Notes under the pieces: generated by a model
The model's database searches: none
What the model was told of the DNA's origin: nothing
The model's input: only the letters and a program-made list of their open reading frames with translations
Position numbers and translations under genes: made by a program
Shown: in pieces, positions 13,481 through 26,365 of the stretch
How the letters are laid out: the number at the start of each line of letters is the position of its first letter
Position numbering within the stretch: the stretch's first letter is position 1
Source of the DNA: Macrostomum lignano
Taxonomy: Eukaryota
Length of the DNA: 64,000 nucleotides
Assembly: GCA_002269645.1 (NCBI GenBank)
Contig: NIVC01002448.1
Location: 14,304-78,303, forward strand
Reading direction: 5' to 3'

Positions 13481-15600
13481 AGCTCAAAGATCTTAGAAGC
13501 GCCATAAGGGGCGCCAAACCTGACGTAAAAGCCTGACCTATTGTTGGGGGAGGGGGGCCGCGACCCCCATGCCCCCAGGACACATATGTACATGTAGATC
13601 ATGTGCGTTGAACCCAAATTGCGTGCCTTAATCTGGTGAGATGCGCTCATTGATCTGGTGCCCGAAGCCTGCTTTTGCTCCAAGAGACAGCGCTTGTTGG
13701 GCGGCGAGCGTGGGAAAATCATGCCTGAATTTCATGCTACTCATAGTATGCTTGTAGCCAGGCGCTAAAAGATCATTAATAAGACACTACTAATAAAACA
13801 CAGAGCGAAATTGTTAGTCAACTTTAAGTAAAGAATTTTTTTCTCTGAAAATTTTCCTAAAAACTTACAAGCACAACGTGCTCCATTTTCTTCGAAAAAA
13901 TCATAAAACTGAAAATCCGAGATGAAATCTGAACGTGGCGCAGGTGCTCGCCAGAAAAAAATATTCGCCAGAATTAAAAAAGTCTTTTCAGATGCTGCTG
14001 GCTTGCATCCAGTCACCAAGAGTCTCAAAGAGGGCTGTGAAATTTTGTGACTGGTCCAAAACAGCTGATGAAAAATATTCTACTTTTATCATGGTTTAGG
14101 GAAGCAGAAATGACGCAAACACGTCTCTAGTTTACGCATGAATAATTGTAGGGAAAACATTTTTAATAATTCTCGTCTGTAGCAAAACCATGTGCGGTTG
14201 AAAAAGAGTCAACTTCGTCTCGATCTATCCCCCGTTCTCGAATTTACAGCGTCTTGGCAGAGCTCCTCAGCTCCTTTCTCTGCGGCCGGCAGCAACTCTG
14301 ATGAGCTGGCGTTCTTCTCCCGCCGGTCAGTCCCGTCCAAAACCCAGCGAGCCGTGTCATGAGGGGGGCATGGGAGAGAGCGGAGTCTGCGCGAATATGA
14401 TGAACTCTGCTAAATACGACGGCTGCGACTCGGCTGCATGGGAGATCGAGATGAGTCGGCCACGCTTCGGTGAGCTTCGAAGTGAGCTCGAACTCTTGAA
14501 TAGCTACTGGCTCATGGGAGAGGAGATTCGGACGTTTATAGTGATGATGGTAAGGGCTACTGCTGCACTTTTACTTGCTGAGTTAGTTTGCAAAGTTTCC
14601 TTAAGTGTCGTGCTAGCCATATTCGTGGCTGTCGTCTCACTCCTCTCCACCACTCTCCAGTTAGCCAATATCGACACACAAATATAGTTTATTGTCTGTT
14701 AGTGTTGGTGCGTTTGAGCACTGCAATTCTCAATCCAGGAGTTTCCTTTTGTCGCATGTTGTCTTTTTTACTGTTGATAGAACTCGAAGTCTAGAAACAT
14801 CACTGATAATAATTGTCCACCGTCAAGTTTGATTGAGAGGTCGTGAAGCCAGTTGGACGTGTAAATACTCAACATGCCTGGTGCAACTCACAACAATTGT
14901 TTCCTCAAAAAACCGAAATTGAGTCACCAACAACGTGTGTTATAGTTTTAGTGTAATTGCAGAATTAAAATTATTTTTTTTAATCTTAAAATTTGAATAT
15001 TTTGCTTCAGTTTACTATTGCGGTATTTCAGCCAAAAAGTCTAGCGAAGAAATAATTTTTCACTTCTATCAACATTGGTATTGGATTGGTAAACTACATG
15101 TATATGAGTTTATGGCTATATAAATGCACAAAATATACTACTGAAACTGGAATGCTAGTAGACATCAAAGAATAAATAATAGTTAGCTCGTATAGAGTCA
15201 TTGCTAATCCAAAATAGAATATATTTGTTATAATTAGAATTATTTTTCAAAATACGAGTTACAGTCGAAAACGCAGTTAACAACATGTAAGCGGCGAGTT
15301 GCAAATACTACTAATATTCGATGGGATGGCAAAACAAGCTGTTCATTATATTTCTACTTGAAAAACCAGCAGTAGATAATAGCAAGCAGGCAAAATTGCC
15401 TGAATGATGCGCCATAAGGAATTTATCTCAGTACAGACAACAGCTGCTTACTAAACTGAAGTAAATTTTCACCAAATGCAAAAATTCCATCGAAAGCGAG
15501 AGATACCCCAGTGCTGGGCAGTGTTTATTAATGCTTCGTTAACTGTCAATGGTTAATAAGCGTTGACTCGCAAAAGTTGAAGTAGTTTTTATCACCTCAG

Positions 15601-16540
15601 GAATGGCACCCCTGTAATGGCACCCCTGTAATGGCACCCCTGTAATGGCAACCCTGTAATGGCACCCCTGTAATGGCACCCCTGTAATGGCACCCCTGTA
15701 ATGGCACCCCTGTAATGGCACCCATGGAATGGCACCCCTGTAATGGCACCCCTGTAATGGCACCCCTGTAATGGCACCCCTGTAATGGCACCCATGGAAT
15801 GGCACCCCTGTAATGGCACCCCTGTAATGGCACCCCTGTAATGGCACCCCTGTAATGGCACCCCTGTAATGGCACCCCTGTAATGGCACCCCTGTAATGG
15901 CACCCCTGTAATGGCACCCCTGTAATGGCACCCCTGTAATGGCACCCATGGAATGGCACCCCTGTAATGGCACCCCTGTAATGGCACCCATGGAATGGCA
16001 CCCCTGGAATGGCACCCCTGTAATGGCACCCCAGTAATGGCACCCCTGTAATGGCACCCCTGTAATGGCACCCATGGAATGGCACCCCTGGAATGGCACC
16101 CCTGTAATGGCACCCCTGTAATGGCACCCCTGTAATGGCACCCCTGTAATGGCACCCCTGTAATGGCACCCCTGTAATGGCACCCATGGAATGGCACCCC
16201 TGTAATGGCACCCCTGTAATGGCACCCCTGTAATGGCACCCATGGAATGGCACCCATGGAATGGCACCCCTGGAATGGCACCCCTGTAATGGCACCCCTG
16301 TAATGGCACCCCTGTAATGGCACCCCTGTAATGGCACCCCTGTAATGGCACCCATGGAATGGCACCCCTGTAATGGCACCCCTGTAATGGCACCCCTGTA
16401 ATGGCACCCATGGAATGGCACCCATGGAATGGCACCCCTGGAATGGCACCCCTGTAATGGCACCCCTGTAATGGCACCCCTGTAATGGCACCCCTGTAAT
16501 GGCACCCATATAATGGCACCCATGAAATGGCACCCCTAAA
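15601..16540 (+). repeat. 14-bp minisatellite (AATGGCACCCCTGT; variants AATGGCACCCATGG)
   Basis: About 65 tandem units. It generates spurious ~300-360 aa ORFs. Confidence 0.95.
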
Positions 16541-17424
16541 ATGCCGAACCCCTAAATAAGAATATCTAGGTGTCATTGATTCAAAAACACGAATTAGCTT
16601 TTGGAGGATGCAATTTGATGTCCGCACTGAGGCGCAGTGCTGATTGACGCACAGGCTGTATTGAAGCTCTTACACCATGCATGAGAGTAGCAGCTCTTCT
16701 GGTAGCATCGTTGAATATCTCGCCGGTCAGTGGGCTTGGCGAATTGATTCTTGTTTGAAAAGATGCTCAAGAAAACATTAATCCGTGTCCTTAATTTTTG
16801 TGCATAGCCGGGTTGCTCCGTTCCGATGCTAGCAAAAGTGCAAGCGTACTATCATTTCAAAAATAGACGTGGCGTGTTTCAGTTCCAGTTCCAATGAGGA
16901 ACTTCCACAGTAGGGAAAACAAATATAATAGCTTCAGCTTTTAAAACGCACATTTTTGTTTCTGCTTTTTCGACTCATAATAGCCTACCTTGAGTACCGT
17001 GAGTACGCAAAGCAAAATTAAAAGGGAACTTCAATAAGCTACATGTACAGAGAACATGTACTCTCCAAACTATCAATCTCTCCTCCGCCAAATATCTTCA
17101 TTTCTAAATCCCTCTCTAAAAATAGCACTTGCATCTCTTGTTAGAAAAATAAGGAACGTCGTGGATCTACTAGCGTATAAAACGGGGTGGGCACTGATTC
17201 AATTGGGCAATTGAAGCGCGCTTTTAACTTTGGTTAAATGGTGCGCTTCTGAAGACTCTAAAATCAGCATAGAATCGCCTGCACAGTCGGTGAGTTCGGC
17301 AGAATTTGCTTCTGCATTGCTGCTTTAAGTGTGGCACATTGCTCCACTATGAAACAATTACCCCTTGTTTTTACTGGTGATGGAAATCCCAACTATAAAC
17401 AGCCTACTGTTTAGAGTAAACAGC

Positions 17425-18160
17425 CCTCAACTCATAGACAACCCCCAACTCATAGAAAGCCCTCAACTCATAGACAGCCTCCAACTTAAAGACAGCCCCA
17501 ACTCATAGACAACCCCAACTCATAGGCAGCCCCAACTCATAGACAACCCCCAACTCATAGGCAGCCCCCAACTCATAGACAGCCCTCAACTCATAGACAG
17601 CCTCCAACTTAAAGACAGCCCCAACTCATAGACAACCCCCAACTCATAGACAGCCCCAACACATAGACAGCCCCAACTCATAGACAGCCCCCAACTCATA
17701 GACAGCCCCAACTCATAGACAGCCCTCAACTCATAGACAAACCCCAAATCATAGACAGCCCCCAACTCTTAGACAACCCCCAACTCATAGACAGCCCCCA
17801 ACTCATTTACAGCCCCCAACTCATAGACAACCCCCAACTCATAGACAGCCCCCAACTCATAGTCAGCCCCCAACTCATAGTCAGCCCCCAACTCATAGAC
17901 AGCCCTCAACTCATAGACAGCCCCCAACTCATAGTCAGCCCCCAACTCAGAGACAACCCCCAACTCATAGACAGCCCCCAACTCATAGACAGCCCCCAAC
18001 TCATAGACAGCCCTCAACTCATAGACAGCCCCCAACTCATAGACAACCCCCAACTCATAGACAGCCCCCAACTCATAGACAGCCCTCAACTCAAAGACAG
18101 CCCCCAACTCATAGACAACCCCCAACTCAAAGACAGCCCCCAACTCATAGACAGCCCCAA
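17425..18160 (+). repeat. 17/18-bp minisatellite (AACTCATAGACAGCCCCC)
   Basis: Direct reading. Confidence 0.95.
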
Positions 18161-18511
18161 TACAGAGACAGAATTTCATTCATGTGCTTTGCTCGGCTGT
18201 GTGGGCAACTCGGCTCGAATTTTTGTGGTGTTGATTGCTTTTACATCCTTTCTTTATTTTGACATGACGTCAAGAAATTTGCTTAAAAGATTGATGCAAC
18301 CGTTTCTCGCTCACCCATTTCGTTTCGTTTCGTTCGCTTCCCTTTGCCTCTTCTTGGCCCAGTTGGCTACAAAAAAATCGGCATATCCCCGATGACCTAA
18401 AAAAATATAGAACGGCTTTGCCGTACGTAACATAATTTAATAGCATGAGTTACGAAGTAAATTGTAAGAAAAATTGACAAATGCGTTTCTCACTTCAGGT
18501 AGACAGTCACA

Positions 18512-20460
18512 ATGAGTCAAAAAGTCAAGCCAAATTCTGTGGATAAACTAAAATATGAATTGCTGCTTTCTTCGCGGAAGCTCAGCGATGCAGAGCCAGT
18601 TGAGTACGAACTGCAAATGGACCAGACAGCATGCGATGAGAAATACCAGGTTCGGAAAATGGAGCTCGGTCGCAAAGATCCAACTTCAGCTGTTGAAGAG
18701 AAGGTGATCATGATGGTTGGTGAAACTGGGTCGCTGATTAATTCAATGGTCAACTACAACTTTGGACTGAAGTTCGAAGACAATTATCGCTTCAGTATTA
18801 GCCCCGATTCCAAGGAAAAAAGCCAGCAGAAGTCTCATTCAAAAAGCCAGACACAGTGGGTCACCTCCTATACATTTCATCACCGCGAGGGCTGCCAGCA
18901 GCCATTCACTCTGACGCTGTTGGACACTCCTGGGTTCGGTGACACTGGCGGCATCGTGAAGAAGAAGAAGAAGAAGAAGATTGTAGCTCGAATTCGGGAG
19001 TTCTTTTCTTCTCCAGCTGGCGTCGATCATCTGGACGCTGTGGGCTTCGTGGTGCCGTCTGGTGTCACCAGGCTGACATCGACCAGCGATCCGTCTATGA
19101 CGCGATAATTTCCCTCTTTGGGAAGGACATTGGCGATAACATCTTTGTCATGATCACTTCCGCCGACGCTAGCGTCCCACCGGTACTGGAGTCGCTCAAA
19201 GAAGCGGGTATCGTGTACAAGTCGCACACCAAGTTCAACAATTCGGCTGTGTTTGCCAAAAGCCACGAAATGGATTCCAAGAGCCAGATGTTCAACAAGA
19301 TGTTCTGGGACGTGGGAATGCAGAGCTTTAAGGACTTCTTTTCTCAGTTAAACAAGACAGAGGCCAAAAGTCTGACTCTAACAAAAGACGTTCTGACTGA
19401 GCGTCAGAGATTGCAAACTCACTTAATTGCCATCAAGAACGAGATCCACTTAGGTATCAGCGCTCTTAACCAACTGGAGCGTGAGATAGATGTAATAAAA
19501 AGTCATCGAAAAGATCTGAACCGGAACAAGAACTTCACCTACACGGTTGTTGAGGAAAATAGGGTAGAAGAAGCTATTCCTCCAGGACATTACATCACAA
19601 ACTGTCTGAACTGCAACCGAACCTGTCACTATCCTTGTGCTATTCCGGTAGACAGTGACAAAGCAGGCTGTGTTGCAATGTCTGATGGCATATGCCGCGA
19701 ATGCCCAGGGCACTGTGTGTGGTCGGTGCACAAGAACAGGCAAAATCGGTTCATTTTTGTACGGGAATCCGTCACGAAGACTTCGGAAGAGTTGAAGAAC
19801 CGCTACACCGATGCGCAGGGCAAGCTGTTGACAGCCAGCCAGTTAGCGGAAAAAGTCTACGGAGATTATCTGCAAACCGAAGCCAAAGTGATGCAGCTGA
19901 TTAGCGAGAGCACAAAGTGCCTTAAGAGACTGCATGAGATTGCTCTGAAGCCTGATCCGCTGAGTGAGGTGGACTACATTGACAAGCTGATTGAGGCGGA
20001 GGACATGAATAAGCGTGAAGGATACCCTGAGCGAATCCAGCAGCTTAGGGATATTAGAGAGCTCGCGGCCCGTGCAGAGAACTTGAAGAAAGATGAACTG
20101 ATGCAGGTGCTGCTGCAGAACGAGACGAGAGTGTACCAGAAGTACAAGGATTTTTTCCAGAAGCCGAAAGCCTCTCTGTTGTCTCAAGCCGGGTCATGGT
20201 TCAAGTCCAAGCGGCCAGGTGGTTCAAGTTCACGAGACGAGAGTGTACCAGAAGTACAAGGATTTCTTCCAGAAGCCAAAAGCCTCTCTGTTTTCTCACG
20301 CCGTGTCATGATTAAAGTCCAAGCTGCCAAGTGGTTCAAGTTCACGAGACGAGAGTGTACCAGAAGTACAAGGACTTCCTCCAGAAGCCGACAGCCCCTC
20401 TGTTGTCTCAAGCCACTAGCTTGCTGCCATTGTTCAAATCCTAAGGTGGGAATTTCGTAG
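18512..20460 (+). CDS. Septin/AIG1-like (TRAFAC) GTPase-family protein with Cys/His cluster and coiled coil; one frameshift and a deleted P-loop core (possible pseudogene)
   Basis: KVIMMVGETG-SLINSMVNY (GK[ST] missing), SQTQWVT, LLDTPGFGDTGG (G3), KFNNSA and TNCLNCNRTCHYPC..C..C..CP..C.W..H. ORFs 18512-19108 and 19150-20460 join if one C is added at 19083-84, giving RLTSTQRSVYDAIISLFGKDIGDNI. An acceptor (ttcag) lies at 18498, upstream of the ATG. Confidence 0.8.
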
Positions 20461-22489
20461 CACTCGGTTGTTAAAGTGAAGACTGTGTTTTCGGTGTAAC
20501 GGAACTGGTTCTTGTTTTTACATCTGGCATGTTTTTTTCCTTTTACAAAAATCTGGTCTTAAAAAAAAGCAATGTATATTTTACTTGAACTTCACTTTTT
20601 TCTAGGGTACCTGATGTCTAAGCCAAGGCAACTAGAATCATATCTTTTTAGTACAACTACACGTTTCACAAACATCTTTTCCTACTTAATTTGGCTGCTT
20701 AATCTAAGAAACTAAAATTTAATGCTACAATACTCTAATTTTACTACGAGTACTACGTACTAATATCCTATGTCGCTACTATACGTTCTACTATTCACTA
20801 CCCAGTTACTATAAGCTCTTTTTGTTTACTGTATCCATATTATTTAACTGTATCCTCTTTAATTGCGTATTCAGAAACCAAGAAAAGCAAAATTTTTATA
20901 TAGGCGTAAAAATTTGGCATGTGTAAAATCTTGACAGGTGTAAAATCTTGGCACTTGTACTTGTAAAATCTTGGTGCGAGTTGACCTTCGCCAAATATAT
21001 TGATATCACTCGGTACAAGAAAGTTTCTTAATTAGCACAACTGCAAAGATGTATTCTACAAACAATAAGTGATTAGGAGGCTTACTAAAAATCGAAGGAG
21101 CTGTTCGGAAGTCTTATATTACGCTTTTCTTGCGTTTGTGATTTAATGTAACACCTTGTTTTTTATTCAAGCTTGTTTCTCTTGTTTTTGTTTCTAGCAT
21201 GTTTTTCATATTTTGTTTCTACACAATTTTGTTTCAGTTTGTTTATGTTTGTTTGTTTCTTGTTTGTCTCTTTCTGCTGAACAAAAATATTTATCCTGCT
21301 CTGCCTTATTCGCGCGGTGTTTCACATAACCAGAATATTATGTTTTATACGAGCGTACGAGTACTTTAAGTTCATAACGATTACTATTTTATCCTCAGTA
21401 GTCTCTCGCAAATATTTATCCAGCTAAGAGGTTAAATTAAGTCTGTTGCTTCTGTTATATTTTTGCTGTGTTTTATTATTTTACTCAATGTTTTCATAAC
21501 GAATTAGAGGACGAAATGAAGTTGGCTATATAAATTAACTGCTTTAAAATCTATCCAATAAGTTAACGAGTTAATGTATCCAGTAGACAGCAGTGAATTG
21601 ACTATTTTATTGGCTGAACTACTACCTTTTTTCCAATATCCTTGCGTCCAACTTTCCTCAAATATATTTGATTACATCTATCAAGCTTGTTCAATACACT
21701 TGGCTTATTTTTTATGCCGGCACTACGTACGAGTACTAAGATCGTACTAAGCTTTGAGTAAGCTTTAGGTTTTTGTGTTATTGCGTCACAATCGTATGCA
21801 ACTGTACCTACGGTAGACCAAGGTCTAAATTTTTTTATTTAAATTCAGATTGAGTTTTCAAAAGTTTAAATGCTAAACATGCATGCAGTACGGTGTCTTG
21901 CACTTTCGTTGAAGGAGTCACTGCAGTTCTGAATTTTTGCCGTGAGCTGTCTGCAGTCTGCAGCTGAAGGAGAAAAGCTGGTTTGGTGAAACCAATTTTC
22001 ACAGATTGGAGGTTGCTGGTTGGCTGAGGATCAGCTATTATCGCTACCTTTTAAGCTTAACCTGCTTGTTTCTTGCTTTTCAACGGATAAATAAATATAT
22101 GGCTAAATCGATCGTACAGAGCCTACTATGATTGGAGGCTTTTCAGCTACACTTACTGATACGATAGCAAAGCATCAAACTGCAAACTCATAAAATGAGC
22201 ACACGGCTACATTCAGATTAAAAACTTCAAACTTCATTCCTTCAAGAAACTAAACTGATATTTCTTTCTTGCCCTTCCTGCATTTTTCAATTTATCTGAA
22301 AAAGAACTGGCAGCTTGCAAACAAACAACTAGACTCATAGAATACTGCTTGTACTGTGCTTATTGGCGCCGCTCTGTCCCAATGCGCCTGCAGATATGCA
22401 ACTGACGACGAAAAAGCATAATCACTTGATTGGCCTCTGAAAAACTGCCTTGCCAAAGCCTTGGAAAGCAGGATCTTGTGGGTCAACCC

Positions 22490-24640
22490 CGTTCAGCTTT
22501 AAGTATACGATAGCTTGAACAACCCTGAGCTGAAGCAATCTCAAGGACCAACAGCCAACTGCAGCAAAGCTTCGGCACTGGTACAGCGGCTACACAAGCT
22601 GCTCTCTGACGAGCAAGCTGAGAGCAACCAAGCAGCTCATTCATGGACTCTTTGTCAGCCTTCACGAGCGAGCTGTACAGAGCTGCAGGACGCAAATTGA
22701 AGCAAACAGCTAGAACAGAGGAGGTTAAGCATTCATTTTAAAGGCATTACTTCCGACCGGCGCTGCTGAACTGCTGGAGCAACTGTGCAGCGTTGAGCGA
22801 TGAGACGGGCATCTGCAGATGGAGAATTTTCTTGCGACAGTTTGTTAAAACTGGCGTCGATACCATGTTTACTGTCAGAGGGGGAAACAGCTTCAAACAG
22901 TTTGGTGAACTCAACTTCAACTTTTTAATTTTTGTGACCTCCAAATGCAAATCCAAAATAAGAGAAATATTTGCAAAGTTAGACTTAATGACAGACGAGT
23001 CCATCATTATTGAAATTTATAGAAAGTTGGCCTAGTAGATCAGCGGATTGTTCGTCAAGCACAGCATCTCGTTGTCTGTTCAGCTGAACGTGAGCAGACT
23101 GTCCACAGTGCAACATCTCTGTTGTCTTCAATTGACAACTATAACGCTTGGACTCGCGACTGCGGCCCCCCCATCCGGTACCGCAGTCGCCACAACGAGT
23201 ATCCAAAAGACGGCTCGCCCTCTCGGATGCAGAATCTCAGCGATTGCTGCAGCAACCAGACTGAGGTTTCTTTTTCTTGGCCGAAGCTCGTCAGCGCTCT
23301 GAAAGGCGACTCAAATTACACTCGACTCGACCCACCTGTGTTTTTGAACCCCGAGAGAACACATGTACTGGTAAAATACTTTGCAAATTGTTTTAACTGA
23401 CACTTGACCAGAAAATTTCGATGACCAAAGTTTCGAAACTATATTTTGCTAGACTGGTTAGAAAGTGGTTCGAAAGCTTCTTTCTCTCTGAAAATCTTCG
23501 GTGGAACTTTTCGGAACTCTAAGAACTGACTTCACCTAACTATGGACTTTATGAGTCCACCTGACCCCTGTGCTGAAAAAATAAAAAGCTAAATTTTCGA
23601 GACGATTAATTCAAGAGAGTAAATAAACGAAAGTTATTTGTCTGCCAAATTTATACACAGTTATATATTCGATTCCATTCACCTTGTTGCTGGTTTTAAT
23701 GAGCTCGCTGAGCATGAGCTGCAAAGGATTTATGAGCCTGTTCTGCAAGACTATCGACATCACAAAGAACTGCAGGAGTCGCAAGGATCGAGAGACATAC
23801 TCGATTTCGGGAACAATGCTCAGACTGTCGCGAATCGCGCAGTGGAAAGCGGACCTGCACAGGTTCTGCAAGAGGTACCCGAGTCCCAAGGCGTTTTTCA
23901 GGTATCCGGGAAGCTGGTGGGCTTCATCTAATTATAGCAGAGTGCGAAATACTTTGCCTCACCGTGACTCACTCTTCTCACAAACTCGAGACGAAATGGA
24001 GCTGTTAAAGTTTGTCCACCTGCCGGTGTCCGCTCTGGCGCTACCGCTGTACGACAGCGCGAAGCCGGACCTGATCAATTTTGCCAGCCTGGCGCTGTAC
24101 CTCACCAATGCAATGCAAGTATGAAAGATATGGATAACAAACATTCCGTACTCCAGACTGGACGGAACAAAGAAGTCTAAGACTAAAGCCTCTCAATTCT
24201 AAGGCCAAGCAGCAGCTGATTCTGGACCTGCTGATGGTGGATGTCGCCACGGAGGCATTCAAGTCATTCTATTTCTCCGAACTGCAAGCAAGGCAGGAGC
24301 TCAGCAGCTTCTGCAACACCAGCCTGTGGTGAATCATGTGGCAAATTGCGTTGATGACAAATCGTGCTGTTTTTTGCCGTATCAACTACTCAGAAATAGT
24401 TATCTCAGCGATAAATGATTAAATTTGTTAGAATACACGAATGCTCATCTTGACCAGGAGATCGGCTTTGGCGAAGAGTTTCGACCACGCGTTCCTCCAC
24501 AATCGCGATTTCAACCGAATCGCCAGAAACATTCTGAAGTCCAATGCGAGCAGCCCCAACCATGACAACTGGGAATCTGTGCTCATTCTGGGTCGACTTT
24601 TTTATTTTGGAAGCTTTGAAAGCTGTAACGATTAACGATT
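22490..24640 (+). pseudogene. Probable decayed or frameshifted multi-exon gene of unidentified family
   Basis: GC-richer, protein-like blocks (22515-22730, 22950-23370, 23638-24120, 24150-24360, 24450-24620) are separated by AT-rich segments with some GT/AG edges. They contain stops and frame changes, and no motif was recognised. Confidence 0.3.
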
Positions 24641-26065
24641 AACTTCAGAGGAAAGTTAAATAAAACTGGTTAAAATGTACTGAGCTTTTGTTTAACAATT
24701 CAAGTTTTCTAGGATGACAGGGGCACTGTTATCAGAGCACCTTTGTGGCGCCCGTAGGCTTAAGGAAGCCGAGCACAATTCTCGATTCCGTCAACTGCAT
24801 CTCATACCGTAAAAACAGTTTTCTAGCTCAGATATTTATTATTCACGACTGAAATACATCGATTAGCTATGTTATCTGAATCTAACATTTACATCTAAAT
24901 ACCTGGTTGGAGCTCATTTTTAAAGCACCTGGACCAACGATGCTAAACACGGGGATCTTGACGAGGCCTGTATGATCAAAATCAATGAAGGCTAAAACTT
25001 GCAATTGGTGAGAAATCCACTGAATTCTGGTTATGAACTATCATCTGCCGAACAACAGTGACACTATTAGTTTCAGTCTTCTAGATTTCAACCTTCAAGA
25101 GTTGCCATTTTTAATTATGATATCATAGAGCAAACATAGGCGCAGGTGCCTGGCAAAGGGTTGAGCTATGTCTATCGTAGTCGGAGCCACTGGTCCTTTT
25201 CGCACTGCCCTTTCACGCCCCGAGCGACTTTAAAGAACGTTGGATGCACGTTTTTGTCGTTTCAATGCTTGAAGCCATGCAATGTTTCAAATGCTGTAAA
25301 AACTACTTTAAGCTATAGTGCAGTTGATGTGCTTTTGGGAAGTTCAGTTTCCTAAACAACTTTGTACGGCAGTCAGACATGGCTTACCAAAAAGATGTAC
25401 GCGCCATCTATTCATATCGCCGAGGCTGTGTCTCTCTCCCGAGACAGTTGACAGCTCACTGCCCGTCCAGTAGACTCAGCTGCTCTTAAAAGAGTTGTCA
25501 CATGACGCTCATAAATTGTTTACACAGTTATTTTAATGCAAAATGCTTGACTTAGACTGATGAGTGCACAGACAAACTTGCTATTGTTAATTTTGCACCC
25601 TTGGGCACCCAGGTCTCATTTCAGTAGGCAGCTATGCTCTCATGACTAGTTTTAGACTTATGAGTTAAGTTAAAGTGCCGATAAACTAAACAGCTACTCT
25701 TTAGAGATCGGGCAGTTTGAGAAAGTTATTTTTCTCAGAGCACTACAAATATATGCTGAGAATGCCTGCCAGCTAAAACGGCCAGGCAAAAACAATTTTA
25801 TCAACGCCAGCAAAACAGGTTTATGATACTTATAATTGTAAGCTCGTACTTTTTAATATATATTTGAATAATTCTAAAAGCTTCCAGGTGAGTTTTTTAC
25901 GCAAAATTTGTTCTAATACAAGTAAGAGCTTGCCTCAGGAAATAAACTACTTAATAACCAAGTTACTGGTACAGGGGTATATGCTAAGTATATAAAATAT
26001 AATCGTAAAACTAAATTATACAGCTGCAGTCCCACTGGGCTTGATACCCGCAATTGTTAATTTAA

Positions 26066-26226
26066 TCTAGACATATTACAGATCGCAGACCATCTAGGTA
26101 AATAAGTAAAAAGCTCTAGATAGCTTGGGGGGAATCGCTGAGATGTCACCGCAAATAAAATTCACACGAATAATTTTTGTCCCTTGCCTATTGGCCGCCC
26201 CAAGCGGGGCGGCACCAGATTGCTAG
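26066..26226 (+). mobile_element. Short Helitron-like element (3' end well supported)
   Basis: GC hairpin GCCGCCCC-AAGC-GGGGCGGC (26194-26213), then CTAG (26223-26226) followed by T, which is the canonical Helitron 3' signature. The candidate 5' end A|TC at 26066 is tentative. Confidence 0.55.
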
Positions 26227-26365
26227 TTTCTACTAACTCCATTCACTCAAATACCACAACCGCAGGATTCGATTGAGTCACACCGAACCGGCGTACCGGT
26301 CTGGACGCTTTCCAAGAAACAGTCCAGCGGCCATCAGCGCACTGATTTTTGACACCAGATTAACA

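Noticed and set aside
15539-16627. Three 300-360 aa repetitive ORFs
   Set aside because: All three frames are open simply because the 14-bp unit lacks stops. There is no coding signal.
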